Shown piece after piece: positions 19,005-28,721 of a stretch of DNA of 64,000 nt. Origin of the DNA: Candidatus Dojkabacteria bacterium (lineage in GTDB: Bacteria; Patescibacteriota; Dojkabacteria; SC72); contig JACPFP010000003.1 of the NCBI GenBank assembly GCA_016182915.1, forward strand, positions 187,685 to 251,684, in the 5' to 3' direction. The translations under genes and the position numbers were made by a program. Position 1 is the first letter of the stretch; every line of letters begins with the position of its first letter. The notes below the pieces were generated by a model that was given only the letters and a program-made list of their open reading frames with translations, had not been told where the DNA came from and did not search any database.

Positions 19005-19838
19005 CTAGATAGAGATAGTTACCCTACCCTTTCCCTCTCTTTTAGCCTTTCTCAGTTTTTTGTCTAAATCATCAATAACGTTCTCCCAATCCTTCTTCCA
19101 CTTTCCATCTCTGACAATTTTCGATATAAGTCCAGGTTTAATGTAGTGGGCACCAATTGAAACGGATACCTCCCCATTACTATCCTTCCTCACTCTGTTA
19201 AGTATCCTATTAGCCATATCCTCAACAGTGAAATCTTTAGTTGGATCTATACGGAAGAGGGCAAGGAATTCATCCCCACCCAATCTGACAAGAAGATCAT
19301 ACTTTCGAAGGGATTGGGTAGCACATTTGGCAACAAAGGCAATTGCGTTATCTCCTCCTGGATATCCTTGACTAGTGTTTATGTGTTTTAGATTATCAAC
19401 ATCTAAAAAGACGACACCCAAACCAAGGTTTAATCTTTCTAAGTCATATATCAACCACTCAAGTAGCTTCCAGTATGCATACCTGTTTAATGCTCCTGTT
19501 AACTGGTCTGTATATGCGAATTCTTCTAGAGATTCTGTAGTAGCGATTAATTTATTTATTTCATCCTGAGCTATTGCTGTAACAAAGTATGTTGTAGGGG
19601 AACGGTATACAATTAGGGTATAAGGGAGCTTCACTCCATTTTTCAGAATAAGGAAGGTCTCAAGTTGAATGCTTTGATGGTCTCTTAAACCTGATATGAA
19701 ATCTTTAATGGCAATCTTCTGATATTGGATTACATCATAGAAGTTACTTCCTTTAACTCCTCTTACAGTTGAAGAAAGTATATTTAAATCAAGGTCAAGG
19801 AGGAAGGTTTCTATTTTTAATACATCAGATGTTTTCAA
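19005..19838 (-). CDS. GGDEF diguanylate cyclase
   Basis: DQLTGALNR, DVDNLKHIN, GD, RLGGDEF. Confidence 0.9.
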   Translation of the reverse strand: MKTSDVLKIETFLLDLDLNILSSTVRGVKGSNFYDVIQYQKIAIKDFISGLRDHQSIQLETFLILKNGVKLPYTLIVYRSPTTYFVTAIAQDEINKLIATTESLEEFAYTDQLTGALNRYAYWKLLEWLIYDLERLNLGLGVVFLDVDNLKHINTSQGYPGGDNAIAFVAKCATQSLRKYDLLVRLGGDEFLALFRIDPTKDFTVEDMANRILNRVRKDSNGEVSVSIGAHYIKPGLISKIVRDGKWKKDWENVIDDLDKKLRKAKREGKGRVTISI

Positions 19839-19936
19839 TGTATAGGGCAGTATTTATTAGTATAAACTCAATAATATATTTCTTTACTATTATTGTAAAT
19901 AGAGGGGTTGTTTGATATACTTTTCAAGCATTTTAT

Positions 19937-20013
19937 GGAGTGGTAGCTCAACTGGTTAGAGCATCGCACTGTCACTGCGAAGGTTGCGGGTTCGACTCCC
20001 GTCCATTCCGCCA
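19937..20013 (+). tRNA. tRNA-Asp(GTC)
   Basis: GGAGTGGTAGCTCAACTGGTTAGAGCA TCGCA CT GTC AC TGCGA ... GTTCGACTC ... TTCCGCCA. Confidence 0.97.
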
Positions 20014-20224
20014 TTCTTCATAGATTCCCACAAGACTCGTTTGCTATGCCCCAAAACCTTTATGGGGATTAGGTTAGTTTGCATCAAAAAGTGAAGTTTT
20101 CAAAACTAAGGCCTAGTAGACGAAAACACCCACTTTAAGGCCAGTTTTCAGTAACTATTGGTTCGATGTATAAAGCCTTTTGTGGCTTGGTATTCCCCTC
20201 TCTCCCTGATATAATTCCATCTAC

Positions 20225-20380
20225 ATGGCAACAGAAAATAACATCATTTCTGAAGATTTCGTCAAAAACTCGATCATTAAGTGGTTATCTTGCAATGGTT
20301 GGGGTTATTTCAAGTTTGAGGATCTCCACACTCATGGAGTAGATATCAGAGCTAGAGCAATAAATTATGCAAGAGACTAA
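20225..20380 (+). pseudogene. truncated N-terminus of a probable PD-(D/E)XK-like protein
   Basis: 51 aa MATENNIISEDFVKNSIIKWLSCNGWGY..HGVDIRAR.. stops where an E.K motif would follow; own TATAAT; overlaps the next ORF start. Confidence 0.45.
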
Positions 20381-20750
20381 ATATTACTGTAAGAATTGTA
20401 ACATGGAACTTTTACCCGACGAGAAACCTTGTGCATCATGTGGATCTGAAAAAAGAAACATCAATTTATTAATTGCTGAGAAAATACAAATGCATGAATT
20501 ATTAAAAACAAAACAGAAGCGTAAAATCGAAAATAAAACAAAAATAATTCACGAGCAAAAGATCGGAGACGAATTATTCAAAAAAGATAATGCATGGAGA
20601 TACATACATAGAGTTTTTGACCATATAAAAGATAAATATTCAGAGCTAATAATTGATAAAGCATCAGGTAAAACTATCATTGATAAAAATGAGAAACTCT
20701 CAAAACACTATAATCATGGGAGCGCAAAATTTAAGAAGCCTTTGAGATAG
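20367..20750 (+). CDS. hypothetical protein with N-terminal zinc ribbon
   Basis: CKNC..CASC. Confidence 0.7.
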   Translation: MQETKYYCKNCNMELLPDEKPCASCGSEKRNINLLIAEKIQMHELLKTKQKRKIENKTKIIHEQKIGDELFKKDNAWRYIHRVFDHIKDKYSELIIDKASGKTIIDKNEKLSKHYNHGSAKFKKPLR

Positions 20751-20805
20751 TAAAAGTTGAACAAATGAGAGATAATTAGGCCGATTTAATTACTTAAAAG
20801 ACAAA

Positions 20806-21963
20806 ATGTTAAGAGTCACTCCTTCTACAAATCCAATTTCTTTTCATAGTTGGAACAACTATGACCCTTTTCATTATACAGCGATTATCACCGAAATTCC
20901 CATAGAAACCGAACTATGGTCCTTGCTTGATATGGTCAGTGAAGTCACAGAATATCGTAAAAATCTTCTTAAACAAAACAAACTCAGCGATACAAAAATC
21001 AAAAGTACATCTCCAATTGTTCAATCTTTCATTCGGCAGGCAAAAAGGTATTGGTATTCAGCAAGAAAAACTGAAAACCCATCTAATTCTCTCTTATACT
21101 ATTACTCGTTTCTCAATTTAGTGAAGGCATATCTCGCATCTAGGGATCTAATACTGACAACATCGGATACTCACCATGGACTACATACCCAAGATGATCC
21201 GAAACCGAAGCCAATTATGTCTAAAAAAATAACACTAAAAGGCCATTCACCAAGTAATGTTTTTTCAAATTTTCACAATACAATCTTTAATTCAAACTTT
21301 TTATCACAAAAGACACATGCTGTAACTTTGCGCGAATTGTTTAAATATTGTGAAGCGATAGGGATGGAAAGCAATTCAGTTAATAATACTGATTTAAATC
21401 TCTCACATTTTAAAATAATTTGTGACCATAAATCTCAAGACAAATATAGGATTGTATTTAACGTAAAGGGAGGTTTTCGTATAAACAAAATTCCCAACAT
21501 AAATACATATTTAAAAAGTTTTACTAAGTACGAATATAGACATGTCGCAATTGATGTAGAAAAAGCATTTCCTGCAATTAATACAGCTAATATTGATTTA
21601 TACTACGGTTCAGAATTTGACCCATCAAAAGAACAAACTAATAAAACAGGCTTCTTGGAATCCTTTAATCAATATATATCTCCTACATACTCTCCCGATT
21701 TATCAACAGGAATCATTTATTTACCTGCCAGAGTGAGATGTCAAAATACAATGGTAAATCTACCAATATCTCAGGATCAAGCTATTTATTTAATAATGTT
21801 CTTTTTAAGCGAAACAGTAAGATATAGACCTAATCAGCTTGATGATATTGCAGACAAAAAAGAACTTTGGCTTATTAACAGCTTTTTGGATAACTGTCCA
21901 ATAATTTTCTTAAAGGCAATAACAAATTTGATATTAAATCAAAATTTCATTATAAAAGCATAA
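20806..21963 (+). CDS. YaaC-like family protein
   Basis: FIRQA..YW..A, LLYYYSFLNLVKA, HHGL, MFFLSE.VRYRP pattern. Confidence 0.75.
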   Translation: MLRVTPSTNPISFHSWNNYDPFHYTAIITEIPIETELWSLLDMVSEVTEYRKNLLKQNKLSDTKIKSTSPIVQSFIRQAKRYWYSARKTENPSNSLLYYYSFLNLVKAYLASRDLILTTSDTHHGLHTQDDPKPKPIMSKKITLKGHSPSNVFSNFHNTIFNSNFLSQKTHAVTLRELFKYCEAIGMESNSVNNTDLNLSHFKIICDHKSQDKYRIVFNVKGGFRINKIPNINTYLKSFTKYEYRHVAIDVEKAFPAINTANIDLYYGSEFDPSKEQTNKTGFLESFNQYISPTYSPDLSTGIIYLPARVRCQNTMVNLPISQDQAIYLIMFFLSETVRYRPNQLDDIADKKELWLINSFLDNCPIIFLKAITNLILNQNFIIKA

Positions 21964-21970
21964 AATTAAT

Positions 21971-22543
21971 ATGAAGGAAGATGTCTTATTAAATATTTTT
22001 TTCGCGATCATCGACAAAATACCCGGAGCAATAGAATTGCTATACAAATTCATTTCTCCGATTAGGATTGAACCTGCAGAATTAGAATTCAAAACAAATG
22101 TATGGAATGAGAAGCTCTCATTTACAGTATCGAATTTGGGGAGAAGAACTATTTATGAAATCTATTTATTAATACCTATTGAAAATACTGCTTTTGATGA
22201 AATTAAAATCAAAACAAGCGAAGAAGAAAAAACTTTAAATCAGGAAAATTTACGAAACATAAGCCTTAACTACTCAATTCTTTTGCTACATATTACAGCA
22301 GAAGGTAAGAATTTTGTTTTGTTAAAAATCTATGGTCTAGATAAACAAACATCTAATAAATTCACTATCAAGACAAAAGGCAGATTTAAATCTAAATTAA
22401 GCATACTTCAATTCCAAACCAAAGAACAAGCTGTATTATCTAATGCAAAAGAAATAGCGATACAATTTCAAATCCCTAAAAAGTTTCGCTATAAGAATAT
22501 TAAACTAGCAGGAACGAGCATTTTACTAAAAAGAGACAATTAA
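21971..22543 (+). CDS. hypothetical protein
   Basis: 190-aa ORF 7 nt after the YaaC-like gene. Confidence 0.65.
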   Translation: MKEDVLLNIFFAIIDKIPGAIELLYKFISPIRIEPAELEFKTNVWNEKLSFTVSNLGRRTIYEIYLLIPIENTAFDEIKIKTSEEEKTLNQENLRNISLNYSILLLHITAEGKNFVLLKIYGLDKQTSNKFTIKTKGRFKSKLSILQFQTKEQAVLSNAKEIAIQFQIPKKFRYKNIKLAGTSILLKRDN

Positions 22544-22717
22544 ATACTCTATTTTTTATACGTCTCATTTGTCTCATTCTCATTTTGGGTTCCAGACTCG
22601 TATGTCCCGTTTTACGGAATACACATTCCCGAACTATTCAAAAAGGTTGTTTTCGTAATCATACTAACGATTCGGGTTTCCATATTCCGTTTACTAGGGT
22701 TGATGAAACTCCGAACT

Positions 22718-24013
22718 CTAAATTCTCATAGAAACCTTTCTGGGCCAACCAATTTGAATAAATGGGACATCTTTACACAAAGATTTTCTAACACTATTTA
22801 ATAGATCAATCTCTTCTATTGAACTTTCTTCTTTCTCTCCCACAACTAATATGTTTGCTATTCCCTCTTCATGAGCCATCTTAATCCTTTTTCCTACACT
22901 CTCTGCTCTATCATCAATATCAATTCTAATATCGTTATTCTCCTCTATCAGTTTCATACCAAAATCAACAAATTTTTCACTCACAGGAATAATTCTTAGT
23001 TGTATTGGTTGGAAATCAATTGGAATGCCTTTATAGTTATCAACTAACATATATATGTACCTTTCAATACCACCAGGAATAGCAGAATGAATAATTACTG
23101 GATATTTACTATCTCCATATTTAATTCCTAATCTTTTTGCATTTCCAACATCAATTTGAATGCATCCAATTTCTCTAAACTGCTCAAGCTTATCAATAAT
23201 TCCATAATCTATATCTACAATCCAGTATTTCTCTTCCCCACCTAGTTTGATATCAACAAGAACTTCTTTATTATTATTCACAGCAATCTTTATAATTTCT
23301 TGTTTGTATTTCTCCCAATTTTCATCAGAACTAATCTTTGCAATGTTTACACATTTCTTTCCTGCTAGCTCAAAAGCTGAAAGAAGTTGTTTTTCAAATT
23401 TTGGATACCATTCCCATGCCTGATTAACATCTTTGAAGTATGGATGGATATCAGGCATAAAGAATCGCCTGTTTCTGTATAACAACATACATTCGCCACT
23501 TTGTTCAAATCTATAACAATCGGAAAGAGAAAAATGTGCAAATGGAAAATCTTTTTCATTTAATCTCATCTTTGAAGCAAGATTAAATTGAGGGTAACTG
23601 GCATCATAACTCATTACCATATCGTTTGATTGAAATAGCCTATCTCCAAAGAGTCCAGCATATGCTTGTACTACTGGGTGTTTCAAATCAAAGAAGTTAC
23701 TTCCTTTGACTTCATACACTGACATGCCAACTTTATTAACTAGATTCCTTGCATATCCTTCTACCAATCTTCTAATTAGATCAGCTTTATAATTGTAATT
23801 AAGAAACCCTATTTGCGAATTGTCTTCCCAACTAAATCCCAGTTTATTAGCAATGCTAATATAATCAGACATATTTACTGATTCCCACTTTTCGCTAAGA
23901 ACTTCTCTCCTAATACAGATGTTCATTTCATATGAGCACTGTTTTAGTTTTAGATACTTTTCTGCTTTATATATTTTTCCTTCTCTATTTATTACTAAAT
24001 ACTTATTTTTCAT
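22718..24013 (-). CDS. thrS: threonyl-tRNA synthetase, archaeal-type catalytic plus anticodon-binding domains, no editing domain
   Basis: Motif 2 YRFEQSGE...RRFFMPDIH, QIDVGNAKRLGI, IIHSA..GGIER motif 3, P.QLRIIPV..RIDIDDR.ESVGKRI anticodon domain. Confidence 0.85.
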   Translation of the reverse strand: MKNKYLVINREGKIYKAEKYLKLKQCSYEMNICIRREVLSEKWESVNMSDYISIANKLGFSWEDNSQIGFLNYNYKADLIRRLVEGYARNLVNKVGMSVYEVKGSNFFDLKHPVVQAYAGLFGDRLFQSNDMVMSYDASYPQFNLASKMRLNEKDFPFAHFSLSDCYRFEQSGECMLLYRNRRFFMPDIHPYFKDVNQAWEWYPKFEKQLLSAFELAGKKCVNIAKISSDENWEKYKQEIIKIAVNNNKEVLVDIKLGGEEKYWIVDIDYGIIDKLEQFREIGCIQIDVGNAKRLGIKYGDSKYPVIIHSAIPGGIERYIYMLVDNYKGIPIDFQPIQLRIIPVSEKFVDFGMKLIEENNDIRIDIDDRAESVGKRIKMAHEEGIANILVVGEKEESSIEEIDLLNSVRKSLCKDVPFIQIGWPRKVSMRI

Positions 24014-24082
24014 ATTATTAAATTAAACAAATTAAATTTGAATTTCTTCTATTTGGGGTATGAAGTTTTTAGTTTGAAGAAT

Positions 24083-24107
24083 AAAAAAACTCCCGATTGT
24101 GGGAGTT
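24083..24107 (-). terminator. attenuator terminator upstream of thrS
   Basis: AACTCCC-acaatc-GGGAGTT-TTTTT on minus strand. Confidence 0.85.
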
Positions 24108-24140
24108 GTATTCGTTAAATAATAAAATATATCCCAACAA

Positions 24141-24206
24141 TCAGACCCTTGTTGTCTGAGTCGTTGTTTTTAAAACTATATTTTTATTATTCATATGATT
24201 TTTCAT
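24141..24206 (-). CDS. Thr-rich leader peptide MKNHMNNKNIVLKTTTQTTRV
   Basis: 5 Thr codons within 6 positions (ACA ACG ACT CAG ACA ACA); TGgTATAAT 7 nt upstream; followed by antiterminator and terminator. Confidence 0.85.
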   Translation of the reverse strand: MKNHMNNKNIVLKTTTQTTRV

Positions 24207-24432
24207 ATGAATAATTATACCAAATATTGATATTTTTATGAACAATATTGTTTTAGTAGATTATTTATCTCTATCAATTCTATATTCAAGCATTTAGTTC
24301 GGGTACACTTCCATATCCTCAGTTTATGTTTATCAACATGAACATAGCTTAGATTTATCAATAAGTATTTTCCTTTTTTAATTGGAACGACTTCCTATGG
24401 GATTTCGTGAAAACAACAAAGCGATTGACATA

Positions 24433-25449
24433 CTATTCCTGAACTTGGAACTGTGGAATCTTTTGCATGACATCAAAAAGTTGTTTCAATGAGACATTGA
24501 AAACTTCTGAGAATCTTCTATAAATAACATTGCCTATTGATACATTAGGTATCTTACCCTGTGTGAAATCATGTAACGATCCATAATATGACCACAAGTA
24601 TGCCTGAATAAGTAAAGACATAAATTGACAATTTACATAGTCATTTTCCTGTAGCCTTGAAGTTCCTGAATTAAGAATTAAATCATAAGCAGGAGTACCA
24701 CTCAACTTTTCTAGTAGATTAAACTCTGCTCTATTATCAAGCAAATGCCCTCCAATCCTATTTGAATACATTTTCCTACCAAGTTCCTTATATGCGGAAT
24801 CTAAATCAATCGCTTCTAGTTTTATACCAATAATTGGTTTAAGTTGCATTGGATCAACGACATCATAAGCGTAATATCCGTCTTCATGATAATACGGAGT
24901 TCTTGCGAGTGCTTGTGCGTGACCACCAATACCTGTTGATACAGCATTTGGGGCAGTATAGTGAATTACCATTGGAATACCTAAATCATCTGCTATCCAG
25001 TTTACAATTTCTGCGGGAATTTCTTCTCCGTCTACTAAGGATTTCAACATTTTTACTCTTGGGTGGTTTTCATCATACACAGTAATATTTAGACCATCAT
25101 TTGTTAACTCCTCATCAAATATAAGATGAACATCCTCTTCCCTATCGATTTCCAAACTTATACTATCCCAAATGTCTAGCCCATCTTTCAAATCTTTAGG
25201 TATTGGGAAGTTTCCTCTGATAAAGTCTTCTCTTGCTGGTGTACCTTCTTCAAACATTTTATTTCTAACAATATCTGCCAGGTATGAAGCAACCTCAACA
25301 TTATGTTGACGCCATGTTTCTAGATCTTCTTGACTTCTTATTTCATCAAGTGACATAGCGAATCGTTTTGTATCCCATTTGGGAAAAATCTGCACTAACT
25401 CTTCATCTTCATGTTGATTTAGTATTTTTACATCTAAAGGTAATGCCAT
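24433..25449 (-). CDS. hypothetical protein, possible CE-clan (Ulp1-like) cysteine protease
   Basis: Order H (GGHAQAL), D (DVVDPM), Q..C (LQENDYVNC). Confidence 0.6.
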   Translation of the reverse strand: MALPLDVKILNQHEDEELVQIFPKWDTKRFAMSLDEIRSQEDLETWRQHNVEVASYLADIVRNKMFEEGTPAREDFIRGNFPIPKDLKDGLDIWDSISLEIDREEDVHLIFDEELTNDGLNITVYDENHPRVKMLKSLVDGEEIPAEIVNWIADDLGIPMVIHYTAPNAVSTGIGGHAQALARTPYYHEDGYYAYDVVDPMQLKPIIGIKLEAIDLDSAYKELGRKMYSNRIGGHLLDNRAEFNLLEKLSGTPAYDLILNSGTSRLQENDYVNCQFMSLLIQAYLWSYYGSLHDFTQGKIPNVSIGNVIYRRFSEVFNVSLKQLFDVMQKIPQFQVQE

Positions 25450-25720
25450 AATAACAGTATATCAATTATCTATGTAACAGGAAATAAGTTCTAACTTCAT
25501 TCAATCTGTTCCGCCATACTTCATATGCGTCCAAACTATTGATTACTTTGTTACTATTGAAGAATGAATAATCATCAGTAGTAAAGCCGTAAAGTAATAT
25601 ACTATTGAGAATCTACTCCCACATTTGCATAGGCTATAAGTATTTTGGAGTATATATACAAATCTCTACAAAGGATATATATTTTACTGGCTAAAACCTT
25701 TATTTTAATAATCTATTTAT

Positions 25721-26725
25721 ATGTCTAAATTTCTTGATTTATTAAGGAAGCTAGGAATATTCAGATCGGGATCAGTATCAGGAACATATACTAATGCTAA
25801 AGATAGGCCATCGGAATTTCAAATGGATGGAGTTTTCAATGCAAAGAAGGACCTTGTAAATAAGGGAGATTTTAAAGGATTCAGTTTATCGAGAATCCTA
25901 CTAATTGTTGCCATCCTTATTGGGTTACTATTCATCATTGTAGTAATTGGAAATGCTGGTTTTTCAATATGGACAATCATTATGATCGTATTATGGTTAT
26001 ATATTTTCTGGAGGTTCTGGCACATAGGTTTAAGTATTTTGATGATGGTTATATTCTTAGTTATTTCAACCTCCTTATCACTAGTTGTTCTTACAATTTC
26101 AAACGCTTCCTCCGATACAAGCAACGATGGGAAGAATACAACATTAACAGATGCTAATTTTGACAAAAAAGTTTTAAAGATCACGTCAAGCGACGGTTCT
26201 GTTACAGGAACAATCGGACTTGTAAAAAAGAAAAATAATGTAAAGAAGGAGTATCTAGCTGCTACGTTCAACATGCTTATTAAAACAAATCTAACCCTTA
26301 ATTCAAAATGTGGTACACCGGGCTATATAATGGGCATAAGCTGTACTAAAGGTTATGAATATGCAGGACGACTTGTCCCTGTTAAAGATGCAAATGAGAA
26401 GACTAGCACTGGGAATGTGAGTGCTGTTTATTGCAGTAACTACCAGTTACCTGAACCATACAGCATATCTGGAACAGGCAATACAATGATAGGATGTATA
26501 AATGGAAATACAGACAATATAACAACAGAAACATTTGCGACAAACTTCCAGATAAATTTCTACTCCTACTCTGAGATTTTGGAAATAACCACTTTTGAAA
26601 TATATGATAGATCCGACTTCTGGGAGCCCACAAAAGGAGTCTCTGGATCATTTACAGGGAATAATGATAAAGCAGTTCAACAGACAAATCCTGTTAAAAC
26701 TCTTGTATTTACTGTTACAGAGTAA
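25721..26725 (+). CDS. membrane-anchored hypothetical protein
   Basis: Three N-terminal TM segments, Thr/Ser/Cys-containing soluble domain. Confidence 0.75.
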   Translation: MSKFLDLLRKLGIFRSGSVSGTYTNAKDRPSEFQMDGVFNAKKDLVNKGDFKGFSLSRILLIVAILIGLLFIIVVIGNAGFSIWTIIMIVLWLYIFWRFWHIGLSILMMVIFLVISTSLSLVVLTISNASSDTSNDGKNTTLTDANFDKKVLKITSSDGSVTGTIGLVKKKNNVKKEYLAATFNMLIKTNLTLNSKCGTPGYIMGISCTKGYEYAGRLVPVKDANEKTSTGNVSAVYCSNYQLPEPYSISGTGNTMIGCINGNTDNITTETFATNFQINFYSYSEILEITTFEIYDRSDFWEPTKGVSGSFTGNNDKAVQQTNPVKTLVFTVTE

Positions 26726-26943
26726 GTAGATCGCAAATATTTGCACGCCATCCTCTCTGCATTTGAAAGATGAATCTGCTCGGCTTTAAATGATTATTCT
26801 CGTATATTCCGTCTCTTGAAACCTTTATTTCCGAAAGATCTATTTTCCCAATTTATGCTTTGTCTAAAGCATTCTGGTATTTAAGCCCTATATATGAGAG
26901 TTTAGGAATTTCCGAACTCCTCTAAAACCTATATAATCATGCT

Positions 26944-28086
26944 ATGAAATTAATAGATATTTATAAAATAGCTGACTCAAAAGATTCATACACAAAAGAG
27001 GAACTTTTTGAAGTAGCTTTTAAGACATCCTCTCTAATTCAGGAAAGCAAGTTCAAAGACAAAATATATAGAGGTAAGGTATCGAACAAAATAACTTTAC
27101 TTTTCCCAATTTACAATGAAGAAGCTTTTCTTGATTATTCTTTAGAATCTTTCTTCAACTCTTACGCATATCCAAAAACGTCATACCAGGTCATATTCTT
27201 CTTGAATTCCTGTACAGATAATAGTTTTGAAAAAACAATAAAGATATTACAGAAGTACAAACAAGTAGTTAAAAGGACTATTGATAAAAAAGAATACAAA
27301 ATGTTAAGTGATCCAGGATTGGATATCACTTTTTTCTATTCCGAAGATAGTAACTCATACCAAATCATAAGAACAATGACGAAAGGAAGAGTCAACGCAC
27401 TAAAGGTCGCAACCAGAATGGCAAAAATGAATAAATCACGGGCCATAATATCACTTGATACAGATTTCGTTTTGGACCCACTTGCGATATATAGTTTATC
27501 CCAAGAAGCTATGAGACATATAGTGCAAAAAAAAGATACTATTGCATTAACTGGTTCACCTATTATTGTAAATAATAAGAAATATACAAAAGTACAAAAA
27601 TGGCTACGAAATCATTTTGTATGGAAAGATCAAGTATATAATTCCCTGTCTGGATGCAGTTTGGTCTTGGAACCAAACTGGTTACATAAAAATATAGAGG
27701 ATAATATAATTGAGGATTATGCCTTGGGTGTAAAAGCAAGATACCAAGGATACAAGGTATTGAGAGTTGAAAGCGCAAGAATGTGGGGATATAGAACGGA
27801 TTATAAGGATGATCTAAAACAATTAAGTAGGTCTATAAAAGGACGTTATCAATTATTGAAAAAACATCCTGAATTTTCGGATATTATTCTAAGAGACCAC
27901 TTCTTCATTCGACCGTTCTTCAAAAGAATTTCTTATATCCTAAACTCCCTCTATAAGAATCCGAAACTAACATCTAAGTGGCTTTGGACATTTATATTTG
28001 TGGAAATCGCGATATTAAGGGCAAAAAGGGATTACAAATTGAAACCGAATGAAATTGATTGGACACCTTTAGATACTGGTCGTTAA
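26944..28086 (+). CDS. glycosyltransferase family 2
   Basis: FPIYNEE, NSCTD, DTD, IEDY, QLSRS (QxxRW-like). Confidence 0.85.
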   Translation: MKLIDIYKIADSKDSYTKEELFEVAFKTSSLIQESKFKDKIYRGKVSNKITLLFPIYNEEAFLDYSLESFFNSYAYPKTSYQVIFFLNSCTDNSFEKTIKILQKYKQVVKRTIDKKEYKMLSDPGLDITFFYSEDSNSYQIIRTMTKGRVNALKVATRMAKMNKSRAIISLDTDFVLDPLAIYSLSQEAMRHIVQKKDTIALTGSPIIVNNKKYTKVQKWLRNHFVWKDQVYNSLSGCSLVLEPNWLHKNIEDNIIEDYALGVKARYQGYKVLRVESARMWGYRTDYKDDLKQLSRSIKGRYQLLKKHPEFSDIILRDHFFIRPFFKRISYILNSLYKNPKLTSKWLWTFIFVEIAILRAKRDYKLKPNEIDWTPLDTGR

Positions 28087-28721
28087 AGAGACTTCAGTAT
28101 CATCAAAAAGTCATCACTACTCTCTATTTGTATGTATTTAATGCCTAATCTAGTAATATAGTCATCTTTATCTACACTATCGTCTAGAAAGATGCAATTT
28201 GTAGGGGGAACGTCATATTTAGAGAAAAAATCTGCAAAAAATACGGATTTCCCATTTTTAACATCATTCTTCAGGCCTTTTAAGTAAAACGAGTTCAGTA
28301 TTTCATCAAACTGGTCCTCCAACTTCATAAAAGGTAATGTCCACCTTGTAAAACAATCCATGTTATTAGTTGCAACAACAACATAATATCCCCTACTCCT
28401 CAACCCTTTTATAATATCAGGAAGCTCATCAGACACGAATGTCATAGATTTACATCCTTTAACAAACTCCCTTAGGAGTAACTTATATTCAGTTTTGGTT
28501 TCCTTTGCTATCTCTTTTAAAACGTCTTCAGTCGTAAAAAGTCCCCTCATCCAGTCTTGAATGTAGGCCTTTGGCCTTTTAAACAAAGCATTATCCCATA
28601 TCTCGTAAAGTTTCCTAATTTCCTCCTTCTCAGACTGTCTCATATGCTCCCAAAAAAAAGAATTTGATAAAGTTCCGTTCCAATCAAAAAATACGACTTT
28701 ATTTTTTACTATTGAAGTCAT
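28083..28721 (-). CDS. HAD family hydrolase
   Basis: FFDWNGTL motif I variant, ATNN, K, FLDDS. Confidence 0.85.
   Translation of the reverse strand: MTSIVKNKVVFFDWNGTLSNSFFWEHMRQSEKEEIRKLYEIWDNALFKRPKAYIQDWMRGLFTTEDVLKEIAKETKTEYKLLLREFVKGCKSMTFVSDELPDIIKGLRSRGYYVVVATNNMDCFTRWTLPFMKLEDQFDEILNSFYLKGLKNDVKNGKSVFFADFFSKYDVPPTNCIFLDDSVDKDDYITRLGIKYIQIESSDDFLMILKSL

Larger units (their letters stand above)
20006..25525. mobile_element. putative genomic islet integrated at tRNA-Asp (no integrase seen)
   Basis: 16/17 direct repeat ttccgccat(t/a)cttcata at 20006-20022 (tRNA 3' end) and 25509-25525; AT-rich cargo. Confidence 0.6.

Noticed and set aside
24014-24220. T-box riboswitch upstream of thrS
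   Set aside because: No T-box consensus (AAnnnGGGTGGnACC-like) seen; leader-peptide attenuator explains the region
22710-26926. tccgaactc..taaa occurring near 22710 and 26910
   Set aside because: Only about 9 identical bases, two copies, no consistent context
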